From the NCBI GenBank assembly GCA_012862495.1, contig BLSG01000379.1:76895-115218 (forward strand): a stretch of 38,324 bases of DNA, given 5' to 3'. This document shows, one piece after another, positions 1 to 9,331 of this stretch (within the stretch, counting starts at the first letter, position 1; every line of letters starts with the position of its first letter). The notes under the pieces were generated by a model. The model was not told where the DNA came from. It searched no databases and saw nothing but the letters and a program-made list of their open reading frames with translations. The stretch is from Thraustochytrium aureum. Lineage: Eukaryota. The position numbers and the translations under genes were made by a program.

Positions 1-1
1 G

Positions 2-631
2 CTGAAACCGTGGATGATTACCACCTCGCTAAGTCGCTGTGAGTCGGCCGGCGGGCACAGCACGCCGCTCGACGCGCTCACATGCATGGCATGCAACCGG
101 AAAGTGACGCCCGGCCAGCGCGAGCTTCTCAAGCGCGCACCTGCGGTCCACCACCATGCGATGAACGACAACAGGCTGGAAAGCGCGGCGTTGCCCGGCC
201 GCGGCCGGTCGCCTGGCCGGGCGCGCTCGCCCTTACGTGGACGATCGCCCACAACGCGCTCGCCGGGCAAGTGGCGGAGAGCTGCGCCGCAGGTGACCCC
301 TTTCGAGAACGATGACGGGGAAGCGCTGCGTTCGCCGCGGCAGCTTCCTGCGCTGCATGACGGGAAGCGGCCCACTGGCGCGAACGCGCGACCGGGGTCG
401 TCGCCGCGCGGGCGGGCCAAGTTTGGCGCTCCTTCGCGTCTCGGGTCTCCCGAGGTGGAACGCAGCGCCGAATCCTCCGGCGGCGCGCCGCTTACTGAGC
501 CACTTTGGGCCGAAACTGGCGCGGGTACTTCAAGCGAGGGGGGCACCAGGCTTGGTCCGAGCCGCGTGGTGGACGAGGCGGGCAAGACGGTCATCGAGCA
601 GGTGCGCGTGCGAGAGTTTTCCTTTTCATAG
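2..631 (+). CDS. 3' part of a hypothetical protein, Ser/Arg/Pro-rich, probably truncated by the window edge
   Basis: The frame is open from base 2 to TAG at 629-631. It contains a CxxC (CMAC), RSP repeats and a non-random-looking C-terminus (RVVDEAGKTVIEQVRVREFSFS), and ends tail-to-tail with the next gene. No family recognised. Confidence 0.4.
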   Translation: MKPWMITTSLSRCESAGGHSTPLDALTCMACNRKVTPGQRELLKRAPAVHHHAMNDNRLESAALPGRGRSPGRARSPLRGRSPTTRSPGKWRRAAPQVTPFENDDGEALRSPRQLPALHDGKRPTGANARPGSSPRGRAKFGAPSRLGSPEVERSAESSGGAPLTEPLWAETGAGTSSEGGTRLGPSRVVDEAGKTVIEQVRVREFSFS

Positions 632-713
632 CTTTTGATACACTTGTGAAATAATCTGCACGAGCTCGCGGCGCAAAAACCTCGCGCGCACGGCTGGCAA
701 GGCGCATTCGGGA

Positions 714-1661
714 TCAGGTTCCGTCCGACGCGCTGCCGCCTGCGAGCGCCGCCTTGGAATCCTGGCAGCCATATTCAGCTTGTTGATCCTGGTAGGCGTT
801 GAACCCGACGATGTCCCAGAGCTGCGCGACCGCCTCTGCGCTCGGCGTCGGCGCTGCCCTCGAGGCATCCTGAAGTTGCGCCAGCTTTGCTGCCATGGCC
901 TCCACGATCACCGTGAGAAGATCCAGCGGGTATGCGACAAACGCGTAGCCGATCTCCTCGAGCTGAGCCGGGCTCAGGCTGGGCGACTTGCCCCGAACCA
1001 GCATGTTGGCCATCTTGGGCCCTGGCACTCGGGCGCAGTACTCGCGCATCTCGGCCTCGTTCAGCGGAGCTTCGAGAAAGGTGATGTCGGCCCCAGCTCG
1101 CTGGAAAGCGATGCAGCGTTGGATTGCCTCTTCAAGCCCGTGCGTCGCCCTCGCGTCGGTGCGCGCAAGAATGACCAGCGAGTCCCGCACTTGCTCGCCG
1201 CGTTCGGCCGCCGCTCCGTTTCGCGCGTCCACGGCGGCGCGGATCTTCGCGACAGCCTCCGAGCGGCCGATCACTTGCTTGCCCTTGGTGTGCCCGCACT
1301 GCTTCGGGGCGACTTGGTCCTCGAGCATCACCGCGGAAACGCCTGCAGCGTCAAGCGCCCGGACGGTCCGCTTGACATTCATCGCGTTCCCAAAGCCCGT
1401 GTCCGCGTCCACGAACAGGGGAAACGTCGCCGGCAGGACCTCGCGAATCGCCAGCACGGCCTGCAAGACCTCGCCAAAGCTGACGAGCCCGGTGTCCGGG
1501 AGGCCCCGCGCGGCCGCGAGGCCAAACCCCGACACGAACGCCGCCTCAAACCCTGCGCCCACAATCAGCTTGGCGCTCAGCCCGTCATGGCAGCACGGCA
1601 CCACGAGGACGCCATCGGCATCCACCAGCTCCCGCAGCCGCCTTCGCGCAGCAGCGGCCAT
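714..1661 (-). CDS. Isocitrate lyase/PEP mutase superfamily enzyme (carboxyvinyl-carboxyphosphonate phosphorylmutase / 2,3-dimethylmalate lyase-like), 315 aa
   Basis: Motifs PCCHDGLSAKLI, SGFGLAAARGLPDTGL, DADTGFGNAMNV, IEDQ-like MLEDQVAPKQCGH catalytic loop, ILARTDAR, GADITFLEA and PKMANM. The likely start is ATG at 1661 (MAAAARRRLRELV); the ORF extension to 2369 is antisense to the next gene. Confidence 0.9.
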   Translation of the reverse strand: MAAAARRRLRELVDADGVLVVPCCHDGLSAKLIVGAGFEAAFVSGFGLAAARGLPDTGLVSFGEVLQAVLAIREVLPATFPLFVDADTGFGNAMNVKRTVRALDAAGVSAVMLEDQVAPKQCGHTKGKQVIGRSEAVAKIRAAVDARNGAAAERGEQVRDSLVILARTDARATHGLEEAIQRCIAFQRAGADITFLEAPLNEAEMREYCARVPGPKMANMLVRGKSPSLSPAQLEEIGYAFVAYPLDLLTVIVEAMAAKLAQLQDASRAAPTPSAEAVAQLWDIVGFNAYQDQQAEYGCQDSKAALAGGSASDGT

Positions 1662-2010
1662 CCCGTCGCGGCGGCCGTCGTCGCGGCACTGCGGCGGCTC
1701 GGACGGCGCTCGGGGCCAACCAGCCGTTTTCGGCGGTACTTTCCGTCCACAACGGAACTCATGTTCCGTAAAACACGGGTAGTTCCGTAGACAACCGTAA
1801 TATTTCAAACCGGGTCGAGCGCCAGAATGGCGGCGGGCAGTCCCCGCCGGCGCAAGAGCGCTCGCGCGGCGGACCGCAGGGCTCGAGCCGCCGTCGGAAG
1901 CCTTGCGGCAGGATCGCCTTGCCCTGCTGGCCTCCAGGCCTTCGGAGCGGGACTTGGTGGCGGAGGATTGCGCCGCGGACGCCGGCCAACTCGCGCGCGG
2001 ACGGCGTGGA

Positions 2011-3745
2011 ATGGACCGCGACGCGGGCCGGCCGCTCGAGCGGAAGCGGAAGGCTCCCGCACGCGGCCTCGGCGAGGCTGCCGTGGTGCAGCAGCTCGAT
2101 AGGAAGCGCGTGTCGGGCCGAGAGAGGCATGTTGGCGAAGGCAACGCTGGACGTGCGGCTGGCGGGCCCCCCACGGGGCTGGCCGGACAAGGCGACCTGG
2201 AGGCGATGTTCAGCGCCATGAGTGAGAAGCGCGAGGCAGAGGGCCGCGCAGCGCGGCAGCAGCTTGCGAGGCGGACAGCCAGCAGGTTTGACAGCGTTGG
2301 CCTCGACCCTGGCAAGCCGCGGCGCCACGCCTGGGCGCTCATGACGCGCATGGTCGGCGGCCCAGCCATGCCGGCAACGTACGCGCATCACCTCGCGCGC
2401 TTCGCGATGCAAAGCCTTCGCGTACAGCCGCTCCAGCTCGGGCAGCAACAGCCGCGGTACATTGGAGTGAATCGCAAGCGCGTTCTCGTGCCGGCCCAGG
2501 TTGGCGTTCTGACCACGGTGGCGTTCGGGCCGTGCGGCGAGCTGGTCGCCTCTGGCGCGGCGGATGGCGCGATCTGCATCTCGCTCTTCCGCTTTGCAAA
2601 GCGGCGGGTCGCAAAGCTCGCGAACAAGGCGCACCAGGGAGCTCGCACGCGAGNNNNNNNNNNNNNNNNNNNNNNNNNNNNNNNNNNNNNNNNNNNNNNN
2701 NNNNNNNNNNNNNNNNNNNNNNNNNNNNNNNNNNNNNNNNNNNNNNNNNNNNNNNNNNNNNNNNNNNNNNNNNNNNNNNNNNNNNNNNNNNNNNNNNNNN
2801 NNNNNNNNNNNNNNNNNNNNNNNNNNNNNNNNNNNNNNNNNNNNNNNNNNNNNNNNNNNNNNNNNNNNNNNNNNNNNNNNNNNNNNNNNNNNNNNNNNNN
2901 NNNNNNNNNNNNNNNNNNNNNNNNNNNNNNNNNNNNNNNNNNNNNNNNNNNNNNNNNNNNNNNNNNNNNNNNNNNNNNNNNNNNNNNNNNNNNNNNNNNN
3001 NNNNNNNNNNNNNNNNNNNNNNNNNNNNNNNNNNNNNNNNNNNNNNNNNNNNNNNNNNNNNNNNNNNNNNNNNNNNNNNNNNNNNNNNNNNNNNNNNNNN
3101 NNNNNNNNNNNNNNNNNNNNNNNNNNNNNNNNNNNNNNNNNNNNNNNNNNNNNNNNNNNNNNNNNNNNNNNNNNNNNNNNNNNNNNNNNNNNNNNNNNNN
3201 NNNNNNNNNNNNNNNNNNNNNNNNNNNNNNNNNNNNNNNNNNNNNNNNNNNNNNNNNNNNNNNNNNNNNNNNNNNNNNNNNNNNNNNNNNNNNNNNNNNN
3301 NNNNNNNNNNNNNNNNNNNNNNNNNNNNNNNNNNNNNNNNNNNNNNNNNNNNNNNNNNNNNNNNNNNNNNNNNNNNNNNNNNNNNNNNNNNNNNNNNNNN
3401 NNNNNNNNNNNNNNNNNNNNNNNNNNNNNNNNNNNNNNNNNNNNNNNNNNNNNNNNNNNNNNNNNNNNNNNNNNNNNNNNNNNNNNNNNNNNNNNNNNNN
3501 NNNNNNNNNNNNNNNNNNNNNNNNNNNNNNNNNNNNNNNNNNNNNNNNNNNNNNNNNNNNNNNNNNNNNNNAGGGCCAACTGGGGCGTCGCGCTGCGCCA
3601 CCGAGGCTGCAGCGCCACGGGGTCTGGAAACCTGCGACGATCAGAAAACGATACAAGCAATTTTCTTGCTTTGGACAGGGCCATCCCGACCATCATCTAC
3701 TTCTCATCAGGTAGGTCTTCCGCGTTCGGATCGCCACATTTTTAA
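2011..3745 (+). CDS. Putative WD40-repeat-containing protein, interrupted by a 918-N gap
   Basis: A long open frame runs to the gap and contains one WD40-like repeat (VLTTVAFGPCGELVASGAADGAICI). The first in-frame ATG is at 2011. An out-of-frame ATG at 1827 could be the true start via an intron or frame error. The frame after the gap is uncertain (possible stops end at 3714, 3745 or 3752). Confidence 0.55.
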
Positions 3746-3748
3746 AAA

Positions 3749-4936
3749 TTAGATCGTCATCTCGACGTCAGTGGCAGACTTTGCCGCGCCCAAAACACCG
3801 AGGCCGCCTTTCGGGGACATGACGGTTCGGCCGCGGGGGGACAAGCGCAGGCGCGGCGGCCCCCCATCAGTGGACCGGCGGCGCGGCCCCCCATCGGCCT
3901 TCGATTCAATCTCGGCGTCCGCTCCGTCAAAAGTCATGACAATCTCGTTGTTGATGGCCTGGTTGACGCGGTCAATCCAGGTCTCGGCCTCCGCTTTTTC
4001 GGCTGGGTCGCCAGAAATGGCGAGCTTGCGCAGAGCCAGGCCGAGCGCCTCGTCGTAGCGTTGAAGTTGAATGCAGCAGATCACGCCGTTTGAGAGGATA
4101 AAACTCTCGAGCAGGGTTTCCTTGAGCTTGCGCAGCAGCTGCAGCGCACGTTTGAAGTGTACCAGAGCGCGCTTGGGCTCGCCCATGGACGAATAGACGT
4201 TGGACAGGTTGCCTTCCGCGCGCGCTTCGCCCTTTTCGTCGCGGCTCTCGATTGCGTAGTGGCGGGCCTGGAAAAAGTGCAAGCGTGCCATCTCAAGCTC
4301 CTTTCGTGCAAAGCAGTTGACGCCAGCTGCCGTCGAGGCCTCCATGTCGAGCTCGGGCTTGAAGTTCTTCGGAAGAGCTTCGTCGAGCAGATACGTAGAC
4401 TCGACTCGCTCGGCCGTTTCGTTGAGGTGGAGCGGCGGCGGGCGTGGTCGGGCCAAAGGGTACGGGGCGGGAACGTCAGGGTCAGACTCGAAGGCCAGCG
4501 ACTCGAGTTTGGCCGTCTCCACTGCCTGAACGTTGACGCTCTCGCGAGTCTCGTTGAGTGCGGCTTCGACTTCTGCGGCCTTTTCGGCGAGGCGCTTGTT
4601 TAGGAGCGCCTGCTTGTCGTACTCGGCGGCCTTGTCCTTGAGCTTGTCCACGTCGGAGCGCTGCACGCAGTTCGCGTCCTCGTCAGCAATTTGCGCCGCT
4701 TGGCTTGCAGCATTCGAGCTCTCTCTGGCTAGCTAGAGAGAGGCTGGAGCGAGCGAGAGCGCGGGGGCAAAACGTACCGAGATGCTGGACAGCGGGGCTG
4801 GCGGGGTTCGGAGCGCCGCTGACGCCCCCCGGGTGCCGTCCGCTGCAGGCCAGTCTTCGAACTTGAGGGCGTCCGTGGCTTGAGAGCGACGGCTATCGGG
4901 GTCGCCGCAGCAGAGCCCGAGGCCGAAAAAGTCCAT
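3749..4936 (-). CDS. TPR-repeat protein with a coiled coil; two coding exons (4936-4778, 4732-3749)
   Basis: GPSM/rapsyn-type TPR helices: EARAEGNLSNVYSSMGEPKRALVHFKRALQLLRKL and LQRYDEALGLALRKLAI. A 45-nt phase-0 intron at 4777-4733 (GTACGT...CTCTCTAG with a pyrimidine tract) removes an in-frame TAG and joins the two ORFs. The first ATG is at 4936 (MDFFGLGLCCGD). A 5'UTR intron at 5027-4943 (CAG|GTACGT...TTCCAG) is possible. Confidence 0.75.
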
Positions 4937-5814
4937 CGTCCTCTGGAAGATGTCCGCGTCGCGGCTCTCCGGCGCGGTCGAGTCCAGTCTCGGTTGCCTG
5001 GAGCAGCACAGGGCGGCGCCCACGTACCTGCCAGAGTTTTCTCGCGTGCGTCCTACTTTTCCGCCGCGACAGGCGCCCGACCGGTCCGGCGCGAGGTGGC
5101 TGGTGCGTAGGGGTTTGGACGAGTTTGGCTTGCCTGGGCCGTTTCCTGCCAGAGGCGCGCTGCTGGAGGCTTGTGGCTTGTGGCTGCTCAGTCTACTGAG
5201 GCTGGGGCACTTGGACGCATCCGTGAAGTGGCGGCCTGCGTCTTGCGATTTGTTTCGTAGACCTTCGTCTGCGATGATTTGCGCGTGGGTTGCTAAACGT
5301 TTGTATAGGTGTCATGGCATGTTTCTGTAACGGATACCTTGGCCAACGTCTCGCATCGAGTGATGCGAGTCCACTCGACGGCGAGCACGTTTACCTCTGA
5401 CGCCAAGCGCGTCCATATCAGCACGAGGAGTAGGAGGCAGGTTCAGGCTTGCTGCGGCGCACAGGCCCTGCTTGGCGGCCCTGTCTCGAGCTCTCAGCCC
5501 GCCTAAAGCTGCAATCGCGAGTACTCTTCAATCAACATGAACTTTGCGAGCCGGGATGGCCAACGGACCCGAGCCGCGGCGCGGCCAGGTCGCTTCTTTA
5601 GCTAATGAAGAGTTGTCTTTCCTGCAGAGCAAAGGAAGCGTTGGTCTGCAGGGGCTCGACTAAAGTAGCACTTTTCGCCTCGCCGCCGCGCACATGCTGC
5701 AGCGCTCGCATGTCACGTAGGGCGTGCAGCTCGGGAGGACTTGGTCCAGCATCGCGCGCGCTGGATGTGCCATGGCCTCAACCCCGCGACGAGCACCATC
5801 CATCGCCCATGGAC

Positions 5815-7318
5815 CTACAGGGTCGCCAGTCCAGGCCCTGAGCCATCAAAGAGGCTTGTCCGATCCGGGGAGAACGCTTCGTCGATAGAAGGGCAAGACA
5901 AGGGTGAGGCGCCCATGATTTTTTCTGCCACGTGCACGCCGCAGCTAAACGCGCGCACCATGCCATGCCCATTGTACCCGAGGGCCACAAACTGGCCCGG
6001 CGCCTCTTTGCACTCGCCGACAATCGGCTGTCGGTCTGCGGTGAAGCACATGACGCCGCACCAGCGGTGCGTGGCCTCGATCGAGACGTTTGGAAATAAG
6101 CGAGCAAGCTCCGACTCTAGCCTCTCGGAGACCTCGCTGTCTACGACGTCATCCATCGTTGACAGGCCTCGGTCAGGACTGCGGTTCCGGCAGCCTCCGA
6201 AAACGATGACGCCGTCCTGCACGCGCTGCAAGAGGTACTCCTCCGTGGAATCGGGCTCGCTCTCGTAGAGGATCGAGCGCCGCGCAGTCCCCGCCGGCGC
6301 CCGCGCTGCGATGCACTGGNNNNNNNNNNNNNNNNNNNNNNNNNNNNNNNNNNNNNNNNNNNNNNNNNNNNNNNNNNNNNNNNNNNNNNNNNNNNNNNNN
6401 NNNNNNNNNNNNNNNNNNNNNNNNNNNNNNNNNNNNNNNNNNNNNNNNNNNNNNNNNNNNNNNNNNNNNNNNNNNNNNNNNNNNNNNNNNNNNNNNNNNN
6501 NNNNNNNNNNNNNNNNNNNNNNNNNNNNNNNNNNNNNNGTACCCGTTGGTGGCGTGGACGACAAACTTGCACGGGATCGAACGAGCTCCTTCGAGTCCCT
6601 CGCAGTTGACGACCCATCGGTAGCCGGCTTGGGCTTGGTCTGCGGTGGCGGGGCGTATGCCGAGCGCGCGAGTCGCCGTGCAGACCTGAGCGCCTGCTTT
6701 GCGGGCTCGATCAGCGAGCGCGAGAACGAGGCCGTTGGGCGAGAGCTGCGCCGGGTCGGGATACAAAACGGCACCGCTTGGCTTGTCCGCGGGTGCAAGT
6801 CCTTCTTCGCCTCGCAGGGACGCAGCGTCCAAGAACCGCACGCGGTCGTCTGCGGCGTGATCTGCAAAGTGCTGCATAAAAGGGACCTGCGAGTCGTCGA
6901 AAGTGACGCTCAGCCCGCCGGTCACCGCCAGGCCAACTCTGTTCGCGTGCTCTGAGCCGTCGCCGAGCTCGGCCACAAGAGCGCGCACGCGGGCCACATC
7001 TTGCGCTTCGATGGCAGCGCACCGCGCGGACGCCGCGGCGTCCTCGCAGCCCAGGTCCGCCCGCTCAGCGACTTCGGCGAACTGGTGCCCGCCGTTCCGT
7101 CCTGTCGCGCCGTCGCCAAGTCCGCGCGCGTCAACTGCGATCACAACCTCTCGCGTCCCTCCCTCGTTCAGCTCTTTTGCGATCCTCTCCGTGCAAGCCA
7201 TGCCCGTCAATCCGCAGCCAATAACGACAGTGTGAACGCGCTGCTCGGCCGCAGCCCGGTCCGTCACATGCACGGGCTTTGCGTCCGGCAGCAACGTGTG
7301 CCAGAACGGCGTCGACAT
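5815..7318 (-). CDS. FAD-dependent oxidoreductase, DAO / glycine oxidase / gamma-glutamylputrescine oxidase family (gap inside)
   Basis: N-terminal PFW, Rossmann motif VVIGCGLTG, GATGRNGGH and VVHATNGY before the gap. After the gap: FGG, HRWCGVMCFTADRQPIVG and ALGYNGHGM. The two halves are in different nominal frames because the gap length is only an estimate. Confidence 0.88.
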
Positions 7319-7414
7319 GGTCGTCCTTCAAGCCTCGAGCCAGCTCCTGGCCACCACGTGTGGCCGCTGCACTCGCCGCCTAGCCAACCCAGCCAACCCG
7401 GCTGGGTGAGAACG

Positions 7415-7917
7415 CTGTTCTGGTCGTCCGCGAAAGTGGAGCACAAAACGCGAGTGAGATGGCCGACCGAGCGCGCCGAGGAGCCTGCAAAGCCAAGCAG
7501 GCGTCAAGCAGGCGTCAAGCAGGCGTCAAGCTGGCGTCAGGCTGGCGTCAAGCTGGCGTCAAGCTGGCGACGGCTCTGCACAGCAGCCTCGAGATACCTG
7601 TTCTGGTTGTCCGCGACAGTGGAGCACAAATCGCGAGTGAGATGGCCGACCGAGCGCGCCGAGGAGCCTGCAAAGCCAAGCAGGCGTCAAGCAGGCGTCA
7701 AGCAGACGTCAAGCAGGCGTCAAGCAGGCGTCAAGCTGGCGACGGCTCTGCACAGCAGCCTCGAGATACCTGTTCTGGTTGTCCGCGACGAGTGGAGCAC
7801 AAATCGCGAGTGAGATGGCCGACCGAGCGCGCCGAGGAGCCTGCAGAGCCAAGCAGGCGTCAAGCAGGCGTCAGGCCGGCCAAGCCAAGCTGGCGACGGC
7901 TCTGCACAGCAGCCTCG
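7415..7917. repeat. Nested tandem repeat: three long units (183, 172, ~148 bp), each holding an internal array of the 11-mer AAGC(A/T)GGCGTC
   Basis: Units start at 7415, 7598 and 7770 (CTGTTCTGGT.GTCCGCGA...GAGATGGCCGACCGAGCGCGCCGAGGAGCCTGCA...CTCTGCACAGCAGCCTCG). They contain 7, 6 and about 3 copies of the 11-mer. Confidence 0.95.
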
Positions 7918-8009
7918 TCAGCTCGTCGCTCAACTCCGCCCTGGTCGCGTGCCCCAGCCAGCGCGAGCAAGGATGCCAAGCGCACTCGCGTCAAGATCGT
8001 TTCGTTTCG

Positions 8010-8376
8010 AGCAATTCAAAATCGATTACCTACGCCGATTCAATCGAAACCGATTGGAACAACGATTTCAATCGATTACGACCCATGGATGCGCGTGTGC
8101 CCACGGCTTGCGCGCCATCTTTTCCTCCTTCCAGCAGAGGGCGATGTGAGGAAGAAACGCAGAGGCGAAATCAACCCGGCTTTCCGCCCTCTCACACTCT
8201 CCTCAGTGCGTCTCCTCGCTTTTTTCTTCTCTTTGTTCTTTTTTATTGCTACTTTGTCCCACGGCACGCTTCCTCCAAACTAAAAAACAAATTTCTTTTT
8301 TTCATTCAATTGAATCAATTCAGAACAGAATTCAATTGTTCAGAATTCAATTGTTTTTCCACATTTCAATTCTACT
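8010..8376. promoter_or_regulatory. AT-rich island with clustered short palindromes and direct repeats, in a divergent intergenic region
   Basis: AATCGATT at 8020 and 8070; CAATCG-aaac-CGATTG at 8041-8056; ATTCAATTGAAT at 8304-8315; CAGAATTCAATTGTT x2 at 8326-8355; poly-T tracts. Function is inferred only. Confidence 0.3.
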
Positions 8377-9331
8377 CGGCTCGGAACTGGCTGAAGCCGC
8401 GGTGTGCGTGCCGTGCTGGCCTTCAGGTTGCTTTCTCTGAATCCACGACTACCGGTACCTACGCGCGTTTTTCTGCATTCGGTCAAGGGCGGCTCGGGTA
8501 TGTGGGAGGCTGCCGGCGAAAAAGAAAAACGGAAGAAAAAAACNGGAAACCATAGGTACGGCCTTGCTTGGTATGGTTTCATTTCGTCGAGTCCAATTTG
8601 CGGCGGCTCGAGAGGCCAGGCCGGTTCGCATTTCGCCCCTCGGCTCCTCCCTTGCTCGCTCTCCTGCACGAAAGGCCAGGCAGATCCCAATCCCTCCGCC
8701 TTCTTTCCTTCCTTCCTTCCTTCGGCGGCCGCTGCTCTTGATCTCCCGCCGCCCTCCTGGCGAGCGCCGCTCTTGACGCCGAGACGCTCGCCGCCAAGCT
8801 GAGGAGCGCCGCTCCTTCCGGCCCCCGAGTCGAGACTGCGCAGTGCGAGCCTGAGGAACTCGCTCACTCCTCGCGGCCTGCCAGAGGCGCTTCGCAGGGT
8901 GCACCGGCGTGCTGCGACCAACCAACGAACGAACGCTCTCAGGCCCGGAGCTCCGTCCATCTCTCTGGCGCTCGCTCTCCCTCCGCCTCCCGACTCGGTC
9001 GAGAGCCCCTCCGGTGTGTGCAGGTGTCGTTGTGAGCCCATTCGACAGTGCAGTTCAGGCTGCAGGGGCTGCAGGCGACCAGCCAGAAACGCAGCTCCGC
9101 GCTCACTGCGCAGTCCGGCCACACAGGCGTTGACGCGCAGCCCGTGCCAGCACACTCCTCCAACGCGCGGCCGCGAAGACTGGTCCAGCAGCAGCACGGT
9201 CAGCAGCTCGAGCAGCTCCAGCAGCCACAGCGACAGCAGGCGTTGGTCGCGCGAGCAAGAGCGCGAGGCCCAGCGCCAGGTTCAGGCAACGACGCAGTGG
9301 CACGAGGTTGGCTGGAGACGCCCCAGGCGCG

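Noticed and set aside
714..1661. Phosphonate biosynthesis cluster or bacterial contamination
   Set aside because: The KQCGH loop is lyase-type rather than the PEP-mutase EDKxxxxxNS motif. There are no pathway neighbours, and the flanking genes are eukaryotic.
780..1790. Long antisense ORFs (also 9200-10243, 25795-26862, 31340-32239, 36747-38222 and others)
   Set aside because: These are shadow frames of real genes with high GC3 and carry no motifs of their own.
1759..3752. ORFs spanning N runs, and frame changes across gaps in the oxidoreductase, ARM and BRCA1-like genes
   Set aside because: Gap lengths are estimates, so these are not evidence of pseudogenes or recoding.
5350..5369. Hairpin CTCGCATC-GAGT-GATGCGAG
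   Set aside because: An 8-bp stem is expected by chance. There is no tRNA/snoRNA context or U-tract.
7415..7917. CRISPR-like array, or a protein-coding repeat (ORF 7459-8283)
   Set aside because: The variable parts are copies of one 11-mer rather than unique spacers, there are no cas genes, and the context is eukaryotic. The 11-bp period and the 172-bp unit shift the reading frame, so the ORFs are by-products.
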